DNA of 64,000 nt from the NCBI GenBank assembly GCA_016776925.1, contig JADHSL010000004.1, positions 33,302-97,301 of the forward strand, given 5' to 3'. The notes under the pieces are model-generated. The model made no database searches, was not told the DNA's origin, and saw only the letters and a list, made by a program, of their open reading frames with translations. Positions 37,506 to 47,347 of the stretch are shown in pieces (position 1 is the first letter of the stretch; each line of letters starts with the position of its first letter). A program made the translations under genes and the position numbers. The stretch is from Pirellulales bacterium. Lineage in GTDB: Bacteria; Planctomycetota; Planctomycetia; Pirellulales; UBA1268.

Positions 37506-38187
37506 GGTCGAGAAACCTTTGAATTCGCCCGAAGATTCACCACTGCCCTACTGTTTTACCATCGCGCGTCTCACGACCGCTACTTTGTGCGCGGTTTGCC
37601 ATGAGAAAAACTCGCTTTTCAACCTTCGGGACTGCATAATCAGTTGTCTATGGTGTCAATCAGACCTCGAAAAACCTGTCTTGGCAACCCTTCAGTTCCC
37701 TTATTCGAGAGCACTGAGAGGTTTGCCAGAAAGATAAATCAGCCTTCGAGCGACAACACTTTGAACGAACCACTTCCCTCCAGATCTTGTTTGGACGCTT
37801 GATTTAGCCGTGAAACTGCCTTTCTTTTGCCCCATCCACCCAACTCTTCCAATCTCCAGAAAATTGAGTTTTTTTCACCACTGGACTTGTCCGCTACTTG
37901 AATCACACTGTCCACCACGCGAATGATGTTCAGGGAAGGTCAAAGCAAAAGACACTCCCACCGGATAATGCGATCAAACCCACGCTCAATACGACAAAAT
38001 TTTCCCTGCAAGATTCCTAATTTTGACCTTACTACACCACTATTTATCTCCCTCCGATTGTTGTTCCTTTCACCGTTTTATTCCCATTAGCCCACTCATT
38101 CCATCCGTTTCTTGAGCTACCGTCTGGTATCTCGTGAAATGACAACTAGGATTTGGTTACCTTCCGTTTTTCAGTTGTTGGAAATTT

Positions 38188-38193
38188 AAGGAG
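38188..38193 (+). promoter_or_regulatory. Shine-Dalgarno (AAGGAG) for rpoD
   Basis: AAGGAG lies 7 nt upstream of the in-frame TTG at 38201. Confidence 0.5.
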
Positions 38194-38200
38194 TTCTGAC

Positions 38201-39826
38201 TTGTACGATTCCCTCTTGGACGAACTTGAAGATGATGTTGTTGCCCGCCCCAGAGAGGTTGAGGAACTTGGCGATAAGGTTGCTGAGGCTGAAGAAGCAG
38301 AAGCAATACTTGACCATGGTACTGCAGAATCGGATTTGAGTACTCCTGACGATGGCAACCAAATTGGCGATGCCGGCCAAGCCTCTTCAACAGCCAAAGT
38401 TAGTGGAGCAGTGGATGAAAATGAGGCCGAGGATGCACTTGCAGAACAAATAGAAAATTGGTCAGACGATCCAGTTCGTATGTACCTGACACAAATGGGT
38501 GAGATCCCTCTTCTTACCAGAGCTCAGGAAATCTATCTCGCTCGACAAATTGAAACAACTCGGGCACAGTTTCGTGCAAAACTTTTGGAATGCGAATATG
38601 TCTGCCTGAATGCCTACAAGGTGCTAAGTCGTGTCCACAAGGGTGAACTTCCTTTTGATCGCACTGTACAAGTTTCGGTAACTGATCGTTTGGAGAAGGA
38701 GCAAATCCTTGGACGTCTCCCGCATAACCTTCAGACTCTTGAAGTATTGATTGGTCAGAATAAAGCCGATTACCGCATAGCACTTTCAAAACGTGCCCGA
38801 ACAACTGAACGACGGAAAGCATGGGGTCGATTAGGACGTCGACGCAAACGATGTGTTCGTTTGATTGAAGAACTCGGCCTGCGTACCCAACGTATAGAGA
38901 CCATGATTCCAACTCTCAACGGATTCATTCGTCGTCTGAGAGAACTCAAAATCAAGATAGATGCCCACAAAAGAACTAAACAGCCAGCATCGAATAGGCA
39001 AAACATCGTTGATGAATATCGAGCAATTCTTAAAGCATGCCAGGAAACACCACGTAGCCTGAAGCGACGCATGAAGGAGATAAATGAGATATTTGCTCGC
39101 TACCAACGTGCGAAAAGAGGGCTTTCCGAAGGAAATCTGCGACTTGTTGTATCCATAGCCAAAAAATATCGGAATCGTGGCCTTTCGTTTCTTGACCTAA
39201 TTCAAGAAGGAAATGCTGGCTTAATGCGTGCCGTTGATAAGTTTGAATATCGGCGTGGATTTAAGTTCTGCACATATGCCACCTGGTGGATCCGACAGGC
39301 AATTACAAGGGCAGTCGCGGACCAGAGCCGTACTATTCGAATTCCTGTCCACATGGTTGAAACGATGAGCCGCGTCCGAAATGTGGCTCGTCAACTTCTG
39401 CAGGAGTATGGTCGCGAACCAACCATTGAGGAAATAGCCGCTCGGGCCGGAACACCGGTTGATGAGACTCGTCGTGTAACAGCAATGAGTCGTTACCCGA
39501 TCAGTCTGGACCGCCCTGTTGGTAACAGTGAAGACAGTCACTTCGGTGACCTGCTTCCTGACACTGGGGCAGAGAATCCCGCTGTTGGCGCTGCTCAGGA
39601 AATGCTTCGTAATCGCATCTCAAAAGTCCTCAAAAGCCTTTCGTATCGTGAGCGAGAAATCATTAAGCTTCGATACGGCCTCGGTGATGGCTATAGCTAC
39701 ACACTCGAAGAAGTTGGTCATATCTTCAAGGTAACACGAGAGCGTATCCGACAGATCGAAGCAAAGGCAGTTCGCAAACTTCAAGCACCTGCTCGAAGCG
39801 AAGAACTCTCGGGCTTCATAGACTAA
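38201..39826 (+). CDS. rpoD: Primary RNA polymerase sigma factor (sigma-70 family, group 1)
   Basis: An acidic region 1.1 is followed by [16 protein letters not shown] (1.2), region 2 ([56 protein letters not shown]), region 3, and region 4 ([28 protein letters not shown]). The ORF opens at a TTG at 38153; the TTG at 38201 has the better RBS. Confidence 0.95.
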   Translation: MYDSLLDELEDDVVARPREVEELGDKVAEAEEAEAILDHGTAESDLSTPDDGNQIGDAGQASSTAKVSGAVDENEAEDALAEQIENWSDDPVRMYLTQMGEIPLLTRAQEIYLARQIETTRAQFRAKLLECEYVCLNAYKVLSRVHKGELPFDRTVQVSVTDRLEKEQILGRLPHNLQTLEVLIGQNKADYRIALSKRARTTERRKAWGRLGRRRKRCVRLIEELGLRTQRIETMIPTLNGFIRRLRELKIKIDAHKRTKQPASNRQNIVDEYRAILKACQETPRSLKRRMKEINEIFARYQRAKRGLSEGNLRLVVSIAKKYRNRGLSFLDLIQEGNAGLMRAVDKFEYRRGFKFCTYATWWIRQAITRAVADQSRTIRIPVHMVETMSRVRNVARQLLQEYGREPTIEEIAARAGTPVDETRRVTAMSRYPISLDRPVGNSEDSHFGDLLPDTGAENPAVGAAQEMLRNRISKVLKSLSYREREIIKLRYGLGDGYSYTLEEVGHIFKVTRERIRQIEAKAVRKLQAPARSEELSGFID

Positions 39827-39963
39827 AAATCAGCCAGATGACGAATGTCTGATCGACGTTCAAAATAAGGTGCGTCACCGTTTGTCTCAGTAGGGGCTTC
39901 AGCCGTGAAGGTTGTACGCTGAGATTTGCAGGGTACGTTATAACGGCATAACCGGATACCACG

Positions 39964-40512
39964 ATGGAGTTTTTAATGTTTCGCATACTTGCTGCCTTCT
40001 CATTCGCTATCGCTACCTCGCTTGGGCTCGCTGCTGAGCCTACTATTTCATTTCCAAAAACGACGATCGACATCGGCATGGTGGTGAGCAACCTTGATAC
40101 CTCTGTTGCATTTTATACTGAGGGCATCGGCTTTCAGCAGGCAAAGGGTTTTCAGGTAGATTCTGAACTTGCCAATGCTGCCGGTCTCACTGACAACAAA
40201 CCGCTCGATGTTCGAGTACTTGTTTTGGGAAATGATAAAGCCGCAACAAAGCTAAAACTGATGCAGATCGCTGGAACAGCGCCACCATCCGGTGACACTG
40301 CCTTTATTCACTCTCACACTGGATTTCGCTATTTGACAATCATTGTTGCAGACACGTCGGCATTACTCAGTCGTCTGAAGAAGCTTGGCGTAGAACCTCT
40401 TGCAAATTCTCCCGTCACCCTTCCTGAGCATCTTGTTCCCGGAATGTCACTGACGTGCGTGAAAGACCCCGATGGGAACATTGTTGAACTCATAGGTCCA
40501 ACACCTGAGTGA
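39964..40512 (+). CDS. VOC-family (glyoxalase/bleomycin-resistance/dioxygenase fold) protein, exported
   Basis: It has a signal peptide, then IDIGMVVSNLDTSVAFYTEGIGF and a C-terminal ...CVKDPDGNIVELI, both typical of VOC beta-alpha-beta-beta-beta modules. Confidence 0.7.
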   Translation: MEFLMFRILAAFSFAIATSLGLAAEPTISFPKTTIDIGMVVSNLDTSVAFYTEGIGFQQAKGFQVDSELANAAGLTDNKPLDVRVLVLGNDKAATKLKLMQIAGTAPPSGDTAFIHSHTGFRYLTIIVADTSALLSRLKKLGVEPLANSPVTLPEHLVPGMSLTCVKDPDGNIVELIGPTPE

Positions 40513-40524
40513 TAACGAATCTTG

Positions 40525-41226
40525 TTATCGTGCTGGAATAATTTCAGCACGTTCGAGCCAAACAAGAACCTGTTGGGCGAGTACCTGCGGATTGTGCACA
40601 GCAGATTCAACAGTAATTTCTGCCTTTTCAGGCTCTTCATAAGGGTCATCAATACCTGTGAACCCACTAATTTCACCAGCACGAGCTTTTTTATAGAGCC
40701 CTTTTGGATCTCGACTCTCGCAGATGTCTAAGGGTGCTTTGACATATACCTCGACAAAATCTGCCTCTGGCAACATTTTCCGTACTGCTTCACGATCACT
40801 ACGATAGGGGCTAATAAATGCCGTGAGCGTAATGATTCCAGCCTGAGTAAAGAGTTCTGCAACTGCCCCGACCCGACGAATATTCTCCTTGCGATCTTCT
40901 GACCCAAAGCCAAGGCCAAATCGCTTTGCGAAAGGCTGACCGTGAATTGTTTCAAGCAGACTGGGAGATGCGTTCAGACCATGTCGCACATTGTCTCCGT
41001 CGAGAATAAAACTCCGATGTCCACGGGCATGCAACAACTTATCAACTTCGTTAGCAAGAGTACTTTTTCCAGATCCTGATAAGCCGGTAAACCAAATAAC
41101 ACAGCCCCGGTGGCCTGCACTACGTTCACGTTGATCTCGACTGATTGTGGCTGCATGCCATCGAACATCAACCTCTTCGGTAACATGATCCTGTTTGCCG
41201 CTAGGGCCTTCAACTGGTTTACTCAA
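40525..41226 (-). CDS. cysC: Adenylyl-sulfate (APS) kinase
   Basis: It is near-colinear with E. coli CysC as recalled from memory: [20 protein letters not shown] (P-loop), [29 protein letters not shown] and [25 protein letters not shown]. Confidence 0.92.
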   Translation of the reverse strand: [233 protein letters not shown]

Positions 41227-41273
41227 TCTATGTCCTCACCTGCTATCTCAATGTATCTGCTGAAATTGGGTAC

Positions 41274-42257
41274 TTACCAGCCTCCCAGCACGACAACTTT
41301 CCGAAATTGACCTGCCGATCCATCTGGTTTTATCCGTTCGATAACCACAGATATTTCTTCACCTGGTTTGTGTTCACCAATAATGCGTGTACAGGCTCCA
41401 AAGTCACTGATTGCAGTTCCATTGATTTCTGTAATGACATCTTGCGGCAACAATCCTGCTTTCTCTGCTGAAGAACCTGGCTGAATGCCTGCAATGACGC
41501 ACTGGCCCTGCAAAGGCATTCCGGCAATACCTAACTTACCACCTTTTCGGATATCGATTTCAGTCTCTTGAAGCCGTTGCTTTAGTTGCCTAATCGCAGC
41601 GTCTGAAAGACCAACACCATATAAATCGAGACGCTCGATACCTCGTAATCTCCCAAGGGTTACGGCATCTCTCTCCGTAAGTTGAAGGCCAAATAAACTG
41701 ACGTGAACAACTTTTTGAAGTCGTGTCACCAATTTCAATGAGCGACTGTCGCCCTTCCAGTCTTCGGCAATTTCTAATCGCAATCCGGAAAGACCCGTGT
41801 CACTAAATATTGCCCCGAGCTCCTCAAGTTTTTTTCGCGCCGAAACAGCTTGAGCTGCATCAAAAAAATCAAGAGCTACTTCTGCCTGTTGAGCCACCGC
41901 CAGGCTCCCTTGTTCTGCGATCGACTCAAGAGCAGCTTCGGCTTTATTCGACAACTCAGAATCATCCTGTCGAAGCATTGCTCGAAGAGCATCGACTGCT
42001 CGTGCAGCAACCTCAGAGTCATTTCCTCGAGCGGCATGGACTAACTGATCGACAGCGATTACACCCATTAAGGCGAGCTGCCTTGAAGCAGACTCTCGGT
42101 CTGCATATTGATTTGCACCAAGTTGAGCGATTGCTCGCGACACACGTTCATCTTGTTCAGCACCGTCAACCACTTGCAGAACCAGTACTGTCAACAAAAT
42201 AAGTACGATTTGGGGAGCTAATCGATACATGCAATCGTTCCACCCGTCAAAAAACAC
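41274..42257 (-). CDS. Exported HEAT-like / LRR-like / PDZ-domain protein
   Basis: 327-aa ORF. The C-terminal PDZ reads VIAGIQPGSSAEKAGLLPQDVITEINGTAI...GEEISVVIER. The N-terminal half is helical repeats. The start is perhaps the Met at 42230. Confidence 0.6.
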   Translation of the reverse strand: MFFDGWNDCMYRLAPQIVLILLTVLVLQVVDGAEQDERVSRAIAQLGANQYADRESASRQLALMGVIAVDQLVHAARGNDSEVAARAVDALRAMLRQDDSELSNKAEAALESIAEQGSLAVAQQAEVALDFFDAAQAVSARKKLEELGAIFSDTGLSGLRLEIAEDWKGDSRSLKLVTRLQKVVHVSLFGLQLTERDAVTLGRLRGIERLDLYGVGLSDAAIRQLKQRLQETEIDIRKGGKLGIAGMPLQGQCVIAGIQPGSSAEKAGLLPQDVITEINGTAISDFGACTRIIGEHKPGEEISVVIERIKPDGSAGQFRKVVVLGGW

Positions 42258-42385
42258 CTATAAGACAAAAACGCTTGCGCGGCGTCTTCACAACTATATC
42301 AGTCTTATGACAGACAAACCTTGACCCGTTTTGGCAGGGTACACTTCAGTACAGCCAATCGACGACAACTAGGTTACCTGCACCA

Positions 42386-44380
42386 ATGAATCTACCAATT
42401 ATTCAAACAATTACGCCAGCAGCCCCACCACTACCAATGCACCCAGAAGATGTCATTGCCAGGGGGTGGGATAGCGTAGATATCGTTTTTGTTACAGGGG
42501 ACGCGTACGTAGACCATCCTAGCTTTGCCAATGGTCTCCTTGCCAGACTCTTGGAATCGGAAGGGTTTCGTATTGCCGTACTGGCGCAGCCAAACTGGCA
42601 AAATTGCCACGATTGGAGACAGTTCGGTCGACCGAATCTCTTCTTTGCCATCTCTGCTGGCAATATGGACTCCATGATCAATCATTACACCGCAAACCGT
42701 AAGGTCCGTAATGATGACGCCTATTCACCAGGTGGTGAAATTGGGCTTCGCCCCGACAGGGCAACCTTAGCGTATTGTCAACGCTCACGAGAGGCTTTCC
42801 CCGGTGTTCCAATTGTTGCCGGTGGGGTGGAAGCGAGCTTAAGACGCATCGCTCATTACGACTACTGGAGTGACAAAGTACGTCGCTCAATTCTCCTCGA
42901 TTCAAAAGCCGACCTGCTTGCCTTTGGCATGGGCGAACGAACAATCCTTGATATCGCAAAGGGTTTTGCGGCTGGAAAAACGGTGCACGAAATGCGGGCA
43001 CTCCGAGGAGTTGGCTATCGTCTTGGGGCAAGTGAGTCATTTTCTATTGATGATAGCACTCGTGAACTTCCGGCGTATGAAGCAACCAAAGTCGATCATG
43101 ACGCATTTTGTGAAATGACTCGAATAAGTCACCTCGAGACAAATCCTCACAATGCCAAAAGACTTGTGCAGCGACATGGGCGAGAAGCAGTCGTCATTAA
43201 TCCTCCAGCTTTACCGCTTGAAGAACACGAAATGGATCGTGTCTACGCACTACCATTCACCCGTCGCCCTCATCCACGATATGGAACACAAAGGATTCCA
43301 GCATTTGAAGTTGTTGAAAACAGTGTTCAAATCATGCGAGGTTGCTTTGGGGGCTGTACATTTTGTTCCATAACAGCCCATGAAGGTCGAATTATTCAGA
43401 GCCGTTCAAAACAGTCAATTCTCACTGAGGTGAAACAACTCGCAAACCAACCTGATTTCAAAGGTACGGTTTCTGACATTGGTGGCCCAACAGCCAATAT
43501 GTACAAAATGTGTTGCATTCGACCAGAGGTCGAGGCAAAGTGCCGCAGACTATCGTGCGTCCACCCCACAGTTTGCAAACTTCTCGGAACTGATCATGGG
43601 CCTCTGAAAGAAGTCATGCGGGAAACCCGATCGATCCCGGGCGTAAAACGGGTACTCGTCGCAAGCGGTGTTCGGATGGATTTAGCACGTCGTGATCCTG
43701 AGTATCTGCGCGAATTAGCCGAACACCATGTGGGAGGGCATCTAAAAGTTGCACCGGAGCACACCGACCCAGATGTACTCGACCTCATGAAGAAGCCTCC
43801 GGCAACTGATTACGTTGAGTTTGACAAGGCTTTCCGAGCGGCAAGTCGTCGAGTAGGGAAACGGCAATACACAGTTCCATACTTTATTGCGAGTCATCCC
43901 GGGAGCGGGCTTAGTGAAATGATTGACTTGGCACTTTTCTTGAAAAGAAATGGGTACAAACCTGATCAGGTCCAAGATTTCATACCAAGTCCTTTTGACA
44001 TTGCAGCCTGCATGTATCACACAGGCCGTGATCCAATGACTGGGAAACCTGTAACTGTTACGAAAGGCCTTCGGAACCGAAGAATGCAGAAAGCGTTACT
44101 TCAGTTTTTTAAACCAGAGAATTACTTTGAAGTACGAAAAGCTCTTGAACACGCTGGGAGACAGGATCTGATTGGTTCTGGCTGCGACAGTTTGATCCCA
44201 GATCGACCACCACAAGAGGCGCTCAACAAAAAAAGACGAGAGGCCAACCAATCATTTTCAGAACAAAAGTCTGGAGACCACATTCGTGGTCTAAATAAAA
44301 CAAAGAAAAAACAACGTGCCAGAGTGTCTAGGTTGCACAAAACTGTTGGGTACAGGCCTAAGCGGTCTGGGAATGGATAG
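42386..44380 (+). CDS. ygiQ: YgiQ-family (UPF0313) radical SAM protein
   Basis: 664-aa ORF. It has the N-terminal YgiQ-type domain (DIVFVTGDAYVDHPSF), the radical SAM cluster motif C-x3-C-x2-C (CFGGCTFCS), and a basic C-terminal tail. Confidence 0.85.
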   Translation: MNLPIIQTITPAAPPLPMHPEDVIARGWDSVDIVFVTGDAYVDHPSFANGLLARLLESEGFRIAVLAQPNWQNCHDWRQFGRPNLFFAISAGNMDSMINHYTANRKVRNDDAYSPGGEIGLRPDRATLAYCQRSREAFPGVPIVAGGVEASLRRIAHYDYWSDKVRRSILLDSKADLLAFGMGERTILDIAKGFAAGKTVHEMRALRGVGYRLGASESFSIDDSTRELPAYEATKVDHDAFCEMTRISHLETNPHNAKRLVQRHGREAVVINPPALPLEEHEMDRVYALPFTRRPHPRYGTQRIPAFEVVENSVQIMRGCFGGCTFCSITAHEGRIIQSRSKQSILTEVKQLANQPDFKGTVSDIGGPTANMYKMCCIRPEVEAKCRRLSCVHPTVCKLLGTDHGPLKEVMRETRSIPGVKRVLVASGVRMDLARRDPEYLRELAEHHVGGHLKVAPEHTDPDVLDLMKKPPATDYVEFDKAFRAASRRVGKRQYTVPYFIASHPGSGLSEMIDLALFLKRNGYKPDQVQDFIPSPFDIAACMYHTGRDPMTGKPVTVTKGLRNRRMQKALLQFFKPENYFEVRKALEHAGRQDLIGSGCDSLIPDRPPQEALNKKRREANQSFSEQKSGDHIRGLNKTKKKQRARVSRLHKTVGYRPKRSGNG

Positions 44381-44492
44381 ATTCTTCTCATCTCTAACCT
44401 ATTCATTAAAACAACTTGATCCCTCCATTCCATTTGAATACATATAGTATGGGTGATCCGAAACCTAAAATTAATGAAATGAGGAGGCTCAA

Positions 44493-44816
44493 TTGACACG
44501 ATTCATACTTCTCACTGTTATGACGATAACGATCCTTGCCACCTCGGCAATATGTCGTTCCGCAAAAGCAATCAGTCCTAGAAATCCGTACCGAACCTTT
44601 AATTTGAGCGGTGTAAATTATGGTTCAATGCGTTGGGAACAGACACATCACCAAGGGCGAACTAGTCGTTCAAGAAACAAGTCTGCTCGACAACCTCAGA
44701 CACGCGGAAACAGGACTATGGTCATTGGCGGTATTCCCATTGGTGTGTTCTCACAACGCAATGGGTCCAGCAATCAAGGAAATCAGACCGCTGCGTCAAC
44801 AAAGTCATCCCACTGA
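44493..44816 (+). CDS. Small secreted basic hypothetical protein
   Basis: 107-aa ORF with a TTG start 6 nt after a strong GAGGAGG (44481..44487). It has a signal peptide and a Ser/Arg/Asn/Gln-rich mature part. Confidence 0.45.
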   Translation: MTRFILLTVMTITILATSAICRSAKAISPRNPYRTFNLSGVNYGSMRWEQTHHQGRTSRSRNKSARQPQTRGNRTMVIGGIPIGVFSQRNGSSNQGNQTAASTKSSH

Positions 44817-45962
44817 TTCTGTCTCGCTTGCATCACTCGGTGGATCATCTTGATAAATCCGATATTTCTTTGTTACGAGTGCTCCCCCTCGCTCAAGAGT
44901 GCGTTTTGAAAGATGATTGCTTTCTAAAACCCAAGAAAACTCTACCTCCTTCATTCCCCACTTGTAGAGTCGTGGCACAAGGGCGGCGTGCAGAACCAGG
45001 CCGACTCCCCAAGCTTGATACTCTGGAACGACATTGGTGCTGATTGCTCTCATTCTTTTGATAGCTGACTTGTTCCAAAGTAGTTTCAAAAAACCAAAAG
45101 GAAAAAGCCGTCCATTCATCGCTTTAATACGTGGGTTGTAATCGAGTAAACAGAAAACAGTACCGATGGGCTTGCCATCGACTTCAGCTACCAAGGAAAG
45201 TTCTGGGACGATCAGGTGCTTCAAATGATTAGCCATGTGATTCACCTCGCCCTCAGAAAGAGGAACAAACCCCCACGTTCCTGCAAGACTTGTGTTGTAA
45301 ATATCAAGAAACATACGAACTTCATCGGTAAACCTTGATCGATCAAGTGATCGGACTGAAACTCCAAAACGCTCCTTAACACCTTCGACCATTACGCCAA
45401 GTTTTGAATCAATGCCCTCGAGCATCGACATCTCACCCCAAAAAGCATAGAGGTCTTCAATCTTTCTGAAACCATTTGCTTCAATAAGATCTGCGTAATA
45501 AGGGCGATTGTGTGTCATCATAAAAAAGGGTGGTGTTGCAAAGCCCTCAATTAATAATCCGCACTCATAATTTAAAGATGGATTGACAGGGCCACGTATG
45601 AAGGACATGCCCTGATCAGACAACCACTCCCTGGCAGCATCAAACAAGTGGGTAGTCGCTTCTAGATCATCAGCACATTCAAAGAACCCAAAGAAGCCAC
45701 GTTTTTCTTTGTAACGCTCTATATGACCAACATTTACAATTGCTGTAATACGACCAACATCTCTACCACCACGTGTTGCTAAAAACGACTTCGTCTTATT
45801 GCGTTCGTAGAACGGATGTGGATGAAACCCGAGTAACTCTTCCTGAGCACGTCGCAGCGGAGGAATCCAGCAGGGGTCACTGGCGTATATCTGCCAAGGC
45901 AGGTCAATAAACCTGCGCTGCTGACCACGATGAACAACCGTCTCGATGCTTATCGCCGACAC
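44805..45962 (-). CDS. GNAT-like N-acetyltransferase-family protein (about 385-aa class)
   Basis: The N-terminus (F.DLPWQIY..DPCWIPPL) and overall layout resemble the widespread 380-400-aa proteins usually annotated as N-acetyltransferase. This is recalled from memory, not searched. Confidence 0.5.
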   Translation of the reverse strand: MSAISIETVVHRGQQRRFIDLPWQIYASDPCWIPPLRRAQEELLGFHPHPFYERNKTKSFLATRGGRDVGRITAIVNVGHIERYKEKRGFFGFFECADDLEATTHLFDAAREWLSDQGMSFIRGPVNPSLNYECGLLIEGFATPPFFMMTHNRPYYADLIEANGFRKIEDLYAFWGEMSMLEGIDSKLGVMVEGVKERFGVSVRSLDRSRFTDEVRMFLDIYNTSLAGTWGFVPLSEGEVNHMANHLKHLIVPELSLVAEVDGKPIGTVFCLLDYNPRIKAMNGRLFPFGFLKLLWNKSAIKRMRAISTNVVPEYQAWGVGLVLHAALVPRLYKWGMKEVEFSWVLESNHLSKRTLERGGALVTKKYRIYQDDPPSDASETESVG

Positions 45963-46231
45963 GCAAGACCCCTCTAAATAGTGGCTTTATCTCGTTCTGC
46001 AGATTGACCAAAACACATTCGGACTATCCCTAAATTCTCAACTAAACGCGAGGAAAACGTCAATGTCAGCTTCCACCAGAACGAATCAACTTTTGTAAAA
46101 GTTGCCTCAGATTTTTTTCCGATTTAACTCAAAAAGACAGAATCTTTGCCGATTCACCGAATTTGTTTCAATGAAGCAATCGAAACTCATACGTCGGATA
46201 TCGACGCACTGAACACTTGATCTTGATAACC

Positions 46232-47347
46232 ATGTCAAATGCCCTCAACTCATACCGCGACGGCAGCAGGAGGTCCTGCCTTGTCACAGGTGCTACTGGT
46301 TTAGTTGGCAATAATGTTGTTAGAAAGTTTCTGGATACTGGCTGGAACGTCAGCGTGTTAGTTCGCCCTCATCACAGTGGGGCTACTGCAGCACTAGAAG
46401 GACTTCCAGTTCAAAAGATCATTGGTCAACTCGAAGATAAAACGAGTCTTCAAAGAGCTGTTGATGGAATCGACCTGGTCATTCACTCAGCTGCAATGGT
46501 GCACTGTGGCTGGCGTTACTACGACGAAATGTATCGGGTCAATGTAGAAGGAACGACTCATCTTTCCGAGATTGCACGCATTGCCGGGGCTCGATTTATT
46601 CACGTCTCGAGTGTTGACGCTCTTGGTTTGCGTTCAGATGGTATCCCCGCGAATGAAGAGACTTCACCCGGTGGTATGATTGAGTGTCCCTATGTATTAA
46701 CGAAGAGAATGGCTGAATCTGCCGTCCTAGCTCAAGTTGAACGTGGCCTAGATGCTGTGATTGTGAACCCTGTCTATATGATTGGTCCATGGGACTGGAA
46801 GCCCTCTAGTGGACGGATGCTTCTTGAGGTTGGAGGTGGGAAGGGCCTACTTGCTCCACCGGGTGCCAACGATTTTGTTGACGTCCGTGATGTCGTCAGT
46901 GGCATTGAGGCTGCTCATGAACGAGGCCAAACGGGTCGACGCTATATTCTAGGTGGCCATGCCCTCACATATTTTGATGCTTGGAAAATTTTTGCCAAAG
47001 TAACTAATCGTCGTCCTCCGATCGGAAATGCTCCACCACTAGCAGTGCGTGCAGCCGGACGGCTCGGAGACTTTGCCGGTCTATTCCTCAAACGGGAACC
47101 CCCCGTAAATTCAGCATCAGCGGCTATGTCAATGCTGCCTCACAACTTCTCATGCCAACGAGCGTTCGATGAGTTAGGATACAAAATACGGCCATTAGAA
47201 GTTGCTGCTACTGATGCTTGGGCATGGTTTTGTGAAAATGGCTACGCCAAAAATCTTGGAGAGCGTTACACTCAACCAGCATCATGCCAAACATCTTACT
47301 CGTCGAAGACGAGGAACATCTCGCCATCGGCATCCGGTACAACTTGA
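46232..47347 (+). CDS. NAD-dependent epimerase/dehydratase (extended SDR, dihydroflavonol-reductase-like)
   Basis: It has the Rossmann motif VTGATGLVGNNVV, plus HSAA and Y-x3-K (YVLTK). The ORF opens at a TTG at 46217, with an ATG at 46232. Confidence 0.8.
   Translation: MSNALNSYRDGSRRSCLVTGATGLVGNNVVRKFLDTGWNVSVLVRPHHSGATAALEGLPVQKIIGQLEDKTSLQRAVDGIDLVIHSAAMVHCGWRYYDEMYRVNVEGTTHLSEIARIAGARFIHVSSVDALGLRSDGIPANEETSPGGMIECPYVLTKRMAESAVLAQVERGLDAVIVNPVYMIGPWDWKPSSGRMLLEVGGGKGLLAPPGANDFVDVRDVVSGIEAAHERGQTGRRYILGGHALTYFDAWKIFAKVTNRRPPIGNAPPLAVRAAGRLGDFAGLFLKREPPVNSASAAMSMLPHNFSCQRAFDELGYKIRPLEVAATDAWAWFCENGYAKNLGERYTQPASCQTSYSSKTRNISPSASGTT

Noticed and set aside
42386-44380. The radical SAM protein might be the missing anaerobic sulfatase-maturing enzyme for the five sulfatases.
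   Set aside because: Its length (664 aa), N-terminal YgiQ-type domain and basic tail match the UPF0313/YgiQ family. It does not match the roughly 370-400-aa anSME/SPASM architecture, and no extra Cys clusters of SPASM type are seen. It is also 24 kb from the nearest sulfatase.
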